Shown piece by piece: positions 1 to 14,400 of a stretch of DNA of 64,000 bases. Source of the stretch: Stylophora pistillata. Its lineage: Eukaryota. The first letter of the stretch is position 1; each line of letters opens with the position of its first letter. Below the pieces are notes generated by a model. That model was not told the origin of the DNA and searched no databases. It saw only the letters and a list, made by a program, of their open reading frames with translations. The position numbers and the translations under genes are program-made. The stretch covers positions 304,529-368,528 of the forward strand of contig NW_019217784.1 in NCBI RefSeq assembly GCF_002571385.2, written 5' to 3'.

Positions 1-241
1 TCAAAGGTATGTCCAGTGCTCTCATGTTCCTTGAATGGCGTCCCTCTACTGTGGGTTAGTCTTGACAATCAAAATGAATGGAAACCTCTTATGTACCGAG
101 TTTGCGCTTACCACTTTGAAGAATCTTGATAGCATTTCCCGGTACTCCTCGATCGAGTTTAATTTGCTCTTATTTCCAAAGTTTCTGGAGCACGTCGTCG
201 TAGCAATTGTTGTTATTCGACCAATTTGTATACGGATGCAG

Positions 242-2426
242 TCAGTCGACGATAAATGTGCCAACCTCTAAACACCGGCAGCCACACCCAGTCGGGCAGA
301 CGTCCATTGTTTCGAACCACGTCATAAGATGGTATGTATGCCCGCCATGACCGCACGCCACACAGAAATTACTGGCGCCTTCAGAAACAAAAGAGAAAAC
401 AACATATCACAATCAAGGATTCCTGATCGCATGGATAAAATTCTATTTGTAGACAATCTATTTATCAGTGTTTTTTTTTTTTTTGGGACTGTCCTTGATA
501 TTCTTTTCTCCCCCAAAAAGAAAGTCGAGCTGACAGTCCTTAAAGACTCTAAAAAGGAGAATCGTGACCACTACTCGTATCTTTAAGGGGTTGAATTGTT
601 GATTTAATTTGAAATATAATTCCTCTTAGAATTTCTTTCGTATTTACCATGGCTGCGCTGCACATGGAAGACACGACTCACGCGCACGAAGGAAAGGCTA
701 TTGCACAAGGAGAGAGACGTACGAGGGCGGAGAAACGCGTGCCGTTTGACTCCAGGAAACTTAGAACAGGGATTTTGAGACGACTGGTACAAGAGTGAGA
801 CTACTTCTGGCCCATTTTAACATCAAACAATAATATGGAGAGCCCTTGTTCAGTATTTGACAAAAAAAACGCACAAACAAAGCGCCAGGAAAAAGAAACA
901 CCAAAATAAGGCACAAAGTCCTCGAGATGAAAAGCGGAAACAGTACGAAAGATTGTCGGTGAGTTTAGCGATTTCTTCTTTCATTTTCATGATAAAAACA
1001 AATTATCTTGCAATAATATGGAGAGCCCTTGTTCAGTATTTGACAAAAAAACGCACAAACAAAGCGCCAGGAAAAAGAAACACCAAAATAAGGCCCTTGT
1101 TAAAAAGTCTATGTTTTAGCTACCTCCTGTACATCCTAATATTTCAGTAATGCTACACTTGAACAAGGCATCACATCAGGAAACCGATGAAAAGGACTTG
1201 GTATCCGTCAAGGTCACGTTAGTCACGCACACGTCTTACACACATTACACAATCATCATCGCGGTATTTAACCGACTGTCAGTAAAATCCCCTTTACCTT
1301 ACCTCTAACAGCCACATGACATATAACGCACTGAAAACCCAGCGCTTTGCAAGTGCCACACTGAGCTCCACGAAACATCTGAGGACAGTTGTAACAGCGG
1401 GTACTGAATTCTACGACCGAAAAGACAAAAAATATCATCAAAATGATATTTAATGATTTAACTATATCGTTTTCATGCAATTCCGCTTGCGAAGCGCGTT
1501 AGCAAAGCCTCATGTCTAAGAAAAATGGCATCTCGCCGAGTCAAGAAGAAACGTAAGTTAGCAAATATGCTACCAGCGGGGAATAAAATAAAGAGCCGTA
1601 AAATGAGCTCACTACAACTCCGCTTCCACTAAAACAGGGTTGCCACTCATAAGAACCCAAAAAATTCCCTGACTTTTCACTGACCTCAAAACATTTTTCA
1701 CTGACCTTGAATTAAATTAATTATCAAACAGGCCAAATCCACTTTTACATTTCTCCATCGCTTTTAAGCTTTCTATCCGATTTCCTACACTCGATCGCCT
1801 ACTTCACAAACCTTTGTGGAACCCTCAAAACAAAATTCCCTGACTTTTCACTGACGTTTTGCAAAATTCCTTGACTTTTCCATGACCTTGAAAAATTTTT
1901 GTTTTTCCCTGACTCTTCCCTGACCGTGGCAACCCTGTAAAAGGCTTGGCTAAATCTTTACGCTACCGAGACCAAAAAATACCCCTGGTCACTCACCTAC
2001 TCCGCTGTGTGGTTTTTGAGGTTCACTTAGGAATTTGATGACTTCAGCTCTCTTGCCCAACAGATTCCAGCGGTACAAAACATCAGCATATTGGTTCATG
2101 TAATGATCGTGTAATTGAAGCTCTGAACTATCGACAAATCTGGAAAAGATTCCCAGTATTAGGCTATGTCAAGTAATTAGTTAGTTTCAAGTGACATCGC
2201 TGCTTGAAAAAGGAAATAATTACAATAGTCGAATGTGATGAGAAAATCATGGTCTGTAGAAAGCGGTTATGTCTTTGTCCATACCTGAGGTCTGGAATTT
2301 TGGTGAATAATTGTTTTATTAAAAACGTTAAATTAAATTATTAAATTTTATTAAATTTTTAGCTCTCTTTTGATTTTAAGCTGACACGTACGCTTACCAT
2401 ATTTGTAGATTATGGTATATTGGCTG

Positions 2427-2481
<55 letters not shown>

Positions 2482-5400
2482 TAGTTTTTAATAATATAAA
2501 TTATAATAGATGGAAATATTAGGCACGACACCAAACGTCCACGGTGCCTCTCTCCAGCCAGGAGTAGGAATTGGTCCCAGCGAAGGAAAGAAAAAGTGGA
2601 AATATACTGAGAGGTTATTTGCGATGGACAAGCTCCCCATTCAAAAGGCGTAGCAACCTTTCTAGTCATTTCGTGCACAGTAAGTAGAATAAGCTCCAGA
2701 TGAATAAAAGTGTTAAGTTTCTAATGAAACTGTGGTGCTGGGGAATTGCAAGATAATTTGTTTTTATCATGAAAGTGAAAGAAGAAATCGCTAAACTCAC
2801 CGACAATCTTTCTCGTACTGTTTCCGCTGTTCATCTCGAGGACTTTGTGCTCGAATGAACACAGGCGGCGACCAGCCACCACTATAAGGAAATGAAATCT
2901 CGCTCCACTGCTCCTCCGCTGGTGACATATCAGCTGGCTGTTCTGTTATGACACCCCCGACAGATTTTGGCCTCTTGTTGGACTTTAAGACAAGATACGC
3001 AACAAGAGTAACAAATTCAACTTCACAGGTAATTGTTTAAGAAAATTTCTGAGGTTTTTCCGAATTCAAGTTTATCTATGAGGGTATCTTTGTCGTGTAT
3101 TATCAACAGCTTAGATACTATTCGTCAATTACAACGTTTGTGGTCAAATTCTTCAGCAGGGAACGAAAGAACCCACTACTATCTTACATATTCCTTCGTA
3201 ATTCAATTGGTAATGGCGCTCTACCGGTATCTGAGAGGAATGGGTTATAGCACCTCAATAAGCTAAATTTTTTTAACCGCTTGTTGTTCGGTAAATCATT
3301 TTTACTGTAGGAATCGTGTTACTTTGAAAATCCACGAGAGCCAGTTCGGGATGTCCGACTTCCGACTTTCGATTCTGGCATTTGCTTTCCTACTTTCGTT
3401 GAATCCTTCTAATATAGTTGTTATAATTAAATCATCTCAATTGTAACCAGTGCGTCTTCGTCATGCAAAATCGTAAAACGCCTCAGCAATATCATCCTCA
3501 ATTCCGTCTTCAACTCTGTGTCACTCTGTTCGTGGCAAAAGACATGCAAAATTCTGACTTCTGCCCTTACTTATAGTTGCAATTCAAACAATATTTATTC
3601 AAAATTTAACCACCCCTCTCATCGCCGTCCCCCCCCCCCAAAAAAAAAATTAAACCTTCCAGGCCCCCTCCTTCACACCTAATAACAGTGGCCACTTACT
3701 TGATAAGGAGTATCAGCGACTTGTGATGAGGACGAGCCATAAGTGAACAACTTGCTCGATGCAACGACTTCCGGCTTAAAGTCAACTTTAGGAGGTTTGA
3801 AGGGTTCTGGGAGGGAGGGGTGGGCCAGAACACATGCCAGCATTCCTAACATCTGAATGTCCCGGATGCCCAAGTAATAATCCATTCTGTTGATAGGAAA
3901 GTGGTAGATGAGCTGCTATCTTTGAGCTCCGTGTTTTGTTTGAGGAAAGTCGGAGCATGAATATCTCGGTGAGTCTGTGCTTGCCATCTTCGTTGCCAGA
4001 TGAAACAGGCTCTGGTTTTCGATTGGCATGTTTTCGTAAATGGTAGATATCCTCGTGATGTCTTAGTATTTAGAGGAAGTCATTTTGTGTTAGTTGTTAA
4101 TTGAGGATCGCTTAGCAAGAATGAATTGTTTACTCACAGGGATTTGATCATTTTCCGTCCAAATGGATGTAGTGCCCAGGGCGTCTCATCCATCGAATCA
4201 GTGGGCGCGAGCTTCTTATCGAGGACTGAACTCAAAAGCGACCACGTCTGTACCAGGTCTTTGCGGCCAGTTGTCATAGCAGCTGCCAGATTCTTTTTAC
4301 ATATTTCAGTGATTTTCTTTCCTTCCAGCCTTGAAAACAACATGGTAAAATTTCTTAACTTCAAAACTTTTAGTATACTTATGTGCATCTTACCAGATCA
4401 GATCTGTTTCCGAGAATTTTAACGCATTTGTTACAATGGATTTGAAATACTATCGTTTACATTCAAAGCATCTCTGCTTCTCTCGCAACGATGGTAGCAA
4501 GGCTAAGCAATTCTGACTGTTCATGAATTGTTGATCTAAGGTGTTTTGTGTACCTTCTCACTACTTTTTTTCTGCACAATACGGAAATTAATCGGTCGAA
4601 CTTACGTGTAGGCTTGTCCCAATGACTGGTGGATGGGCATCAAAGCACTGACGTCACGAATCACAACGGGGCCAACATCGCTACTCCTTGAGGTCACTCC
4701 ACCGTACTTCTGTGCATCATGTAAATCACCTTGCTGCTTGAAACAACACAATAAGTCAACGGTGATGAATTTGTAACTTCTTTTCACCTTTAAAGGGCAA
4801 ATTTAAGAGACCGGGAATGATAATAAATTGAAAATAATACATGGACATGCGTAGATATGGTTTTTCTCTTCGAGGGTTCTGTTGGATTTCTCAAAAATGA
4901 ATGCAGCAAACGAGTGAGATATCGAGTTGAACGCGAGAAGAGAAATTCCACATCTAAAAGCAACCATTATATTATTTTGATTATTATGTAAACACCACAG
5001 GCCTTTACTGACAAGAAGCATCTACTTTATTAATGAATGAGTGGCACAAAAGGCGAGTGATGTATCAGCAGCTGATTGGCAATATCAAACACACGTAGAA
5101 TTTATCGTAATTTTACACGTGCGCAGTTGCGGCTTTTCTCGGAGCTGGATATCCTTTTAAAACAGCGTAATTTGTATTATATTATATTTGGATGAAGGCG
5201 AGTCAATTTAAAACTTAATAACGTAAGAAATTCAATAGAGAATTATGGGTTAGTAAGATCACGATAGTAACAGGCGCACTTTCCCGGCATTTTGCCATCC
5301 CTGCTACCCTACAATCCACAAAACAGAAGGCGCATTTCTGCTCACCTGGTTTAACGATCTGAACATCATGTTCCTTGCAGACGATTGTTGTCCGAATGCA

Positions 5401-8400
5401 CCGAATGTAGGTCTGTACTTCTGAAGCGAGCTGTTTGTGAGAGGAGGGAGAGCTGGGCCGCCACTGGGGCGAGAGCTGTACGCAGAAAAGGCCGACAGGG
5501 ACCTGTACAAGGAAAATAAGAACGCAAATGAAAAGTTAGAAATAGCCCGGATGTAAAACCCATCTCGTGTATTTTTTTTTTGAGGAGTGATACCTTGGCC
5601 CATTCAAAGGTTCCTTTGAGATGATTTTAATTTAGATCAATGGTTTAAGGAGAGAAATTATAAAAGTCAGACATATCAAAAATTCAATGGTTGCTTTCCA
5701 CTGTGAGTCGAGGCTGGTAGCAATCAAAGAGGTTAAATAAACATTTCTAGGAGAGAACGAGGGGAGAGGAAAGTAGGAGGGAAGAACAGGGGGAGGAGAG
5801 AACGGGAGAGGAGGAAAGTAGGAGGAGAGAACAGGGAGAGGAGAAAACGGGGTGGGGGAAAACGGGGGAAGGGGGAAATGGGAAATGGGAGGGACGAGAT
5901 AGGCTGCATAGCGATGAGGACGCGTTATTTTGAAGAAGTTTCCCGAGATATTGGTTCAAAATTCTAGATTGGATCGAACCACACGCAGGTGTGCACACTA
6001 CAACGTGGTTAGTAGAAACTAGACGCAAATCCGAGAACAGATAGGCTAGGGCTGATAAACGGGTGTTAAACTTACTCTAAAAGAGAGAGTCGAATGGTGC
6101 GCATTTCAGATAAACACAGTATTCCTTCTCCCGATTTCGAAATATCATCCTGAAACAAACACATTCACTGAAAACTACCAGTTATGTCAGGCGTCCATTA
6201 CTCCTGGGGATAAGTAGTACCTGGGAGTTGGCTCTCCACCAGACCCCACACGGCCACTATATCTTCCCGGTAAATTGAAGCACACAAGTAACCCTGAAAT
6301 AAAAATGATGATAATGGTAGAAGTAGTGTCTACTTACTCACAACATAAAAATTTACATAGCTAACGTCCCAAAGTGAAACATTAGGGACCTTACGCAACC
6401 ACGACGGCGACGGCAAAGTGGACGTGGAAAAACAAGAGATCTAATTGGCAGAACAACAGCTCAGCACGTGTGTTTTGAAACTTTGTACATTTCTTAGCCG
6501 TCCTATGCAAAACAACAACGTTAAATTGCCAAAATTTGCGTCTTCTGCGAACCGAAACCACGACGGCACATTATTTTAATTTCCATTTGAAACTCAACGG
6601 ATGATTTATACGTCATGCTGAAGTTGAGCTGTGGCGCCATTTTTGAAATTCTTAATTTTTGAAATTCCTGCAACCATTTTTGAAATTCTAACTAAGAGTA
6701 GAAATTCATTTTTTAATCGAAGTCTTCCTTGGCGTTGCCGTCCTGATTGCGTAAGGTCCCTATTTTAAAGTAGCAAAGACTTAAAAAAATAGTAAAAACA
6801 TGTAAAAAAACAAAATTAAACTTACTACGCTGCCTTGTATTTGAAAATTGGGCGATTTAAAAAAGAATTTTTAAAATGGCCTGTATCAACTTTGGAGCAA
6901 TAACATAATTCGTTTCTAAAATTATATTTTGTCTCCTTTTTCTTGGGGATTAAATTTCTAAGGGGATGAAAATCCAACTTTGCCAAGTTTTTGCACTGTT
7001 TTCCCAGCAGATTATGTCCGTTGATGGCCCTAGATATATATTTAGGCTTACGACACCTCTACTACCAATGATAATAATGATAATAACACTAATAATAATA
7101 ATAATGATAATAATGATGATGATAATGATAATTGGATAAACAAATTTTCTCGTGACAAGGACAAAGGAACAAACAAACAGGGCTCTGATCAAATTGTACA
7201 ACCTGTGCAAGAGCAAACGATCCACTGAATACAAAGCAAAACACGTCTTTTTTTGTGATTGACTCCTGACCGATTCAAGAGAAACCTACGAGATTTCAAC
7301 AGCGTCTCAAAACGAAGAAACTTTGAAGCAAAAACTGTCTGGATGTGCGGATTTTAAACAAAAAAAAGAAAAATTCGGCTTCTCAGTGATGTTGTGATAA
7401 AACATGCCATAAAAAGCACGTGATGTACCCCTTTACTTACCACATGCACAAAATTTTGCACCAGAGGTGCGAGGGAAAGGAATGGCTGCGTCCGAATAGC
7501 TTCCATACGAGACTGGGTCTAGTCTCCCATGGATCGGCGACGCAGGCCGGAATGGGTCCATGGGTAAATCTTCTTGAAGCTAAATTGACGAGATTAAAAA
7601 AAAATTATTAAGTCATGGATTGCTCATCTCAATACAATTTCAAAAGACTATTCTCAGACGTAAAGATTGTAAAAATTTAGTTTTAAGATGTTGAGCATAA
7701 TTAGTAACATGACACTCCATGACAGTTGACGCACCTATTTTGACTAAAGGTAGTTAAAGCCATTTTCTGATTAAAACTTTAGTCTCGTGCCTCTTTGCCC
7801 TTTAACTCCCGGAAGTGATTCACAGGTAACTTCTATCCTTAATATCCATACATCAACCAGCAAACAGGTAATGAGAATACTCAAACTTATCAGGTAAGAC
7901 TTGTTATCTATCTAATTTGGATATATCAACAAAGTTGAAATGGTAAATTGGCCACCATAACGATTACAAAAGCTGACGTTTCGAGCGTTAGCCCTTCGTC
8001 GGAGCGAGTAGAGGAATTGTGGGTTGTGTGTGCTTTTAAAGGCAGAAAATGGAGCTACGTTATTGGTGGGAACATGGCAACGAGAAAAACACAAATAAAT
8101 TAGTGGAATGAAAAGCGTTCGTTGATCCCTGTGGGATTTAGACTGCCGGTTTGAAAGATGAGCTTTTGTTCAAGAGTTTTACGGCTTTCACANNNNNNNN
8201 NNNNNNNNNNNNNNNNNNNNNNNNNNNNNNNNNNNNNNNNNNNNNNNNNNNNNNNNNNNNNNNNNNNNNNNNNNNNNNNNNNNNNNNNNNNNNNNNNNNN
8301 NNNNNNNNNNNNNNNNNNNNNNNNNNNNNNNNNNNNNNNNNNNNNNNNNNNNNNNNNNNNNNNNNNNNNNNNNNNNNNNNNNNNNNNNNNNNNNNNNNNN

Positions 8401-11400
8401 NNNNNNNNNNNNNNAGTTAGAGACACTTCAAGTATATCTGCGATCTATCTCCTTCAAAACAAAGCTTTCTCACGTGTTATGATACAGAATATGCAACAGT
8501 CATAACAGAGAATTTCTTCCTTGATATCCCAGCTTACCTTCATTAGCTTGGTTTTAGTACTGAGGTCAATGGAGGAGTCAGGCGTAAACTCAAATGATGG
8601 TATGGCATTATTGGGATAGTGAGCTGGGAAGTTTATTAATAACGATACAACATTACGGCCATTGGTAACGTTCACCGTACAGCTCCTGTGTCCAGCGTCC
8701 ATCTGAAAACAAAGAACAATCACCTTGACTGAACAGCCTCGTTCACAAGACAGGAAACGCGATGGTCAGGAGGTGAGCTTTCTATATCGAGAGGTTTTAG
8801 TTCGAGCCCTGGTCAGTTTGTTAAGTTGCGTCCTTAGGAAAGACACTTTAATCTCATTGTCTCTCTTTAAAAAAAAAAAAAAATCAAATGAACCCTTAAA
8901 CTCCCATATGCTAACAAGTAACTTTCCCTCGCAACCTCTTTCTACATCCTTATGAGTAAGGCAAGAGTATTTGGAAAGATATGGATGTGTATTGATATAG
9001 TCAGGAGAAAATTACATGTTTAGGGCAGGTTTCAATAAGTATCGAAAGTAATCTTGGTTTTGCTTTACTTCGCTTTATGATTGGTCCTGAAAACTCGCGC
9101 CACTCTTTTAATCAATCAGGTGCAAACCAAGCAAACCTAAAACCAATCACGACTAATCACGACTTGGTCGCCTGCGCTTTGCTGCGTTTTCCCGCGCTTT
9201 GGGCAGTTTGGTCGATTTACTCTGAGTTCTCAATGGCTCATAAAGGAAGTTTCCTTTCCTCTGATTGGCCGAGGCGATCACTTTGGTTTCACAACTCTTA
9301 TCGGAAATAGCTCTATCAGTTTTAACGTTCAAGAGCTGGTGGGATTTACACTCACCTGTTCAACAATTACATTTGGATAGTTAACGTTAATAAGCGCAAA
9401 CTCCTGCTGTAAAGTGTGTGGTTGTGCAGCCATGACAGGGATCACGTCAGCCGAACCAATAATAACAGACTCTGATATGGCGGATTCAATCAAGTCGTCG
9501 CACATGGTGGGACTTGTTGTGCCCGTGGTTTCAGAAGGAAAATTGGCTGTAACATCTCCACTACAGGCCTATTAGTGAGTGAAGTGGAACAACTCTTGAT
9601 TGGATATCGAAAAATTCATGATATCTCAACTAAGCTACATATTTTTTTTTAATCTTACCATGATCCATTTAGACTCCATTGCCCACATTCGCAAGGTTTG
9701 GTCTTTGGCCCAGGTGATGAGTTGAAACTGTTCCTCATCTGGGGTAGAAATCACTCATGTCATGCATTGGCATTTAGGGGATAGAAACAATTTATAGAGA
9801 ATGGCAGCAATACTAGTCTAAATACCACTTTGGACTACAAACAAAGTTATTTCTAACACATTAAAAGAAAAGAATGACATGTGAGTCCTGTCCAGAAGGT
9901 ATTTTGTGTATTCCTCCCTCCCTATCACAGCTCTTCCCATAATAGTTTCACCTTCCATTATTTGAGATCTCCACTGGAATTCCAAAACAACATCACTGTG
10001 ACCAACAAATGTATTCACTGGGGATGGCACGGGTGAGCTGATGTTCAGTATATTCCACAAAGATAAGCTATTTTCTCCTCGCCTCAGTGGAGGGACAGTG
10101 ACAGTTACAAGGCCTTCACCAAATGGCTGGAAAGAAATTGAAAAAACTTTAATTGACAGACAAAGCAATATTTTCTATATTAATTTCCAGTGATTTTGAC
10201 ATGCAAATTAAGTTGGCTCCCCCTTCTAGCTCACAGGGTTTAAAGAGTACATCTAAAAAGATCAGCAGACTTTTCTGACTTTTGTACAGGATTATAGTAA
10301 TTGTGATTAAAATGCATCCCCTCTGACTCTAATGTTGCTTTAGGTGGATATCTGTAAATTGTATCATTCCAACAATCATTGAAAAGGGGACTGTCTCAAA
10401 AAGACAATAGAGTACTAATTGGTGGAAAGATTGTTTCTCTTTTCTTGATGACAAGTGCATTCGAGATGTAGTGACCCTTCAGTGACAGATTGACTATTTA
10501 TCACACGGAGTATTTTTTCTGTAGTTCACTCTGGCAGTAATGCTGGAATGTGTAGCCATATACTGTATTTACCCTAATATTTTCATAAAAAAAAGTTTTC
10601 ACAGAAAAAAACATGTCAATGCTTCCTACAATATTTATTGAGATAACCATACCTATATTACAAAAACTTTGAAATTACTTGTATACTCCTGATAGCCAAC
10701 TTATTACAAAAAGTTGAAAATGATAACAAACAGCCTTGGAAAAAAAAGAGTTTCTACATGAAAAAACCTTTGAATTCATACTCTGAAAAAGTTGGTCGAA
10801 ATCAAGTTCACGATTATTTATATTGTCCTCTGTCAAATTGTAAGCCATATCATCTTTGGAACCCTGATTTTCATGGTTATTTTTATAGAAATAAACTGTG
10901 TATTATACACACAGGTAAACACAGTACTGTGTTGTTCCAAGAATCTATATGACATTTATTTCATGACAACAAGATTTTTCCACAAAAAAATTTGAAAAAT
11001 TGACTGCAGCCCTTACTGTGAATCTGGCCCGCCAGACAGGGGAATTTGCCTTCAGCTGGTATTCTGGTTGCCGAGGGTTTTCTGTATTCCACAACTGAGA
11101 AGAAGAAAAAACTTCAGATGTGAACAACTGTCTCAAAGGTTTAATGGAGCTACGCCAAAGCATTTTATAACATAACCAAAGTAAAGCGCACGCTCTGATT
11201 GGTCAATTTAGCATCCCCCATTTGCCCATGGGTGTACGCTGCTGACGTGAGCAAATGCAAAGACTATGTTTCCGCGCGCGCTTGTTTTTTCTGGTCACGT
11301 AAGATTTATTAAATAAAAGGGAACTCTTTAGCTACAATGTATCAATGTTATGTTATAAAACAAATGGTAAACCCCACAGCGTACACTATTCAGTTATGGA

Positions 11401-14400
11401 TGCACTTGGGAGGTTTGCTAAGCACTCAAGAAGCTAGAGTAGCTCTCGGCTATTGCCTCGAGCGACTCTTAAGCTTCTTTAGTGCTTAGCAACCTCCCGT
11501 GTGCATCCATAACTCAATAGTGTACGCTGTGGTGTTTACCATTTGTTAATCGAGTATGTTTAAAATACCACAAGGAATTCCTTTTACAGATGAAAAAACT
11601 TTGAACACCAAAAAGGTATAAATAAAAATATACAACAAATCAAAAACAAAACAGGACAGTTAACTCTTTACACCATACCATCAGTATGCGCATTCTCGAT
11701 ATTGTTCTTCATATGTTTCCCATGGTATGGTGAAGGACATTTTATTTAAAAATCAAGAGCTGCTCTTGATGTTTGATTATGAAGTGATACTATAGGCTGG
11801 GGCAAAATTAGACCCTTGTCACCAGAGGGTTGAGGACTGACCAAAGTGAAGATTTACATGGATTGCAAAAAATTTAGGCTTAAGTTTTCTGGTGGGACCA
11901 ACTCCACTTATAAATGTGACAATGCTCTTTAATTCAAACAATTGACATTTGAGCACATGATTGTTCATGGAAAGGGACCTATTGCAAAATTAACACAACT
12001 TTAAGACTGACCTTGACAAAAGTGTCATTGCTGCAGGTTGCGAGTGTTGTTCCACTGGAGCGAGACCAATCTAATCCATGAATCTTAGAAAGGTGGGCTG
12101 TGACATACACCACAGGGGTGTTACCTTTCTATAAAAATGATGCAACTGATAATTAGTCTGCTTCCAAAGACCACTTAGTTGTTAAATATCATCAACAATA
12201 ATTACACAGTATGTAAATGCTATTACTTTAGTTTATTTTTTGTGGTGAAATTGAAGTTACAACTCAGTTTAATTTAGCAGAGTGTCATATGGAACAGTTA
12301 TTTACCAGCAGTTGGGGGTACACTGTTTATTTTACCACAATGAATGAACACACCCTCTTTAATGTTATGGAAGTCATTGTCCCCATTAGAACAGTTCTTC
12401 TCATGACTGTTCGCATGTTGTGATAAAAAAACATTTGCAGGCCAACCAACATCATATCAATGGGGATTTATCCTCTGAAAATTGGGTGAGGGAAAGACAC
12501 ATTATCGTCAATGAAATATCAGTACCCTAAGATCCCAGATTCTCACATCTCCCTCATGGCTGGTGGCAAGCACATGTCGATTTACTCTGTTCCATTTGAC
12601 TTGAGAAGCTCCAACTGACATGAAATGACATTAATAAATCTCTGATGAAAATTAATCCAGTTAAAGTTAACAAATTCTTCAAGGTAAATAACTCTTCTCT
12701 ACGATCTAATCATTCTATAATAATAATAATCAAAGTACTGTCAATTATAACTGAAATATTTTCAAGATGACATAATTATCTAGTCTACACATACCAATGG
12801 CCTGAAGTGAGCTGGCTGGCTTTTTTGCGTCCCTGTAAACAGTACAGAAGGGCAAATACATGCAACAACTTGCCTTAAAACAGTGAAAGGGCTACATAAA
12901 TGGGATAACAGCTCTACAACGTCTCATACATTTTTTACCCCTAAAATCTCATTAGTAACTCTCCTTACTGTCTGTTATACAATTCTTCTGATGTTTGTTT
13001 GGAGAATTTGGTATTAGATCAACTAACAATCCCCTAATTGATATTTTTCTTCACTCTCATCAACTATCTGCTTGACACTGTATTGATATTGTAAGGAAAA
13101 ATTCTTTCTTGATCACTCATGGGAGTTAAAAGGTCAAGTCACTAAGAGAGCAGACTAACTTATCTTTAAGGTGATTATCTAATATTCTCACATGTAGTTC
13201 CATAATCACAAACACTGCCGTACCTCAAGTCCCAAATATAAATAAACTGGTCCATTGAGCAAGTGGCAAGAAGCTGAGGGTCAAACCATGACCAGTTCAA
13301 GTCACTAGAATCAAACAAATCAATTAGTTCTTCAGTGCTCTCCATTTCAAGTGGTAACTGGTAAAATTTACTGCAGGTAGGTCCTCTTAATACACCTAAT
13401 AATTGCGTAGAATTTTCAAAATTTCAACAGCTTAAAGCATTCCTCTAAGACTTAACAGGTGAGTCAAAATTTTGATTCAGAAAGCAGTGAAACTTGTTTT
13501 TTACTCTGTAGCCAAGATAAATTCTGGAATGTTACAAGGCAAGTAAATATCAAATACTTCAAATTGTGTAGTAACATGGAAGAAGGAGGTCGCAGGCCAA
13601 CCCACAGACCCTCCCTCTAGGTCCAACACCATCACTCTAGGTCCAAAACTGCTTTAACTCAAAACAGTGCAGTTAAAATGAATTTTTTTGCCATTTACTT
13701 TCATTTTAATTGTCTTAGATCTTTTCTTACAAAGATAAATATTGATATTGTTAATAAGTCTGGAACAAAGAGTGAATTCAAAGAAACAAAAGGCAGGTAC
13801 CTTATTGATCTTGTGTGACCCCTTAGAATGTGTTGTTGTGCATTATTGCCATCTCTCCACGACCAAATCTCTGTTTTTTGGTTGGACTGCAGGTACAACA
13901 ATAAATTTCAGAAAGCAGAGGGTAACTTAATCTTTTAACTAAAAAATGAAATAAATCATTGCATAAATACAATATAAAAAAAACTCAATAGTATTCATAT
14001 AATATTCAGAATCTTTTATCATTAGTTATAATAATAATAATACCAGTAATAATAATAATAATATAATGTATAAATACAGATATAATAATGGTCAAAATTA
14101 CTGTATACAAAAAAGAGAACACTCACTGCATAGGCAAATATGTGAGCATGTGTTAAATGAGGATTCCATTCCACAGCACCACATTCCCATTTGCTGTTCC
14201 TCGAAACCTTTTTAGTGATCGTGTGAGGAGCATTAAGGTCAATGAATGCTAAACCTTTACGTCTGTGCGAAAACACATAAAAGACACTTTTGAAATCTAT
14301 GGAAAAATTAGATCTCTTCTCTCTTTTTTCCTCTTTTTGATTTTTACTTTTTTATCCAGACTGACTATGTATTTTGTAACTTGATGATTAAATTTAAGGC

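Noticed and set aside
170-244. Readthrough extension of WDR59 (TGA CTG, 23 further codons)
   Set aside because: The context is not the strong TGA-CTAG motif, and a 23-codon open stretch is expected by chance.
857-1150. 97 aa ORF with an internal repeat
   Set aside because: By-product of the duplication/inversion in the WDR59 intron; it has a TTG start and no independent coding evidence.
5747-7234. Pro/Ser/Leu-rich and poly-Ile ORFs
   Set aside because: Translations of a purine-rich low-complexity tract and a (TAA)n microsatellite.
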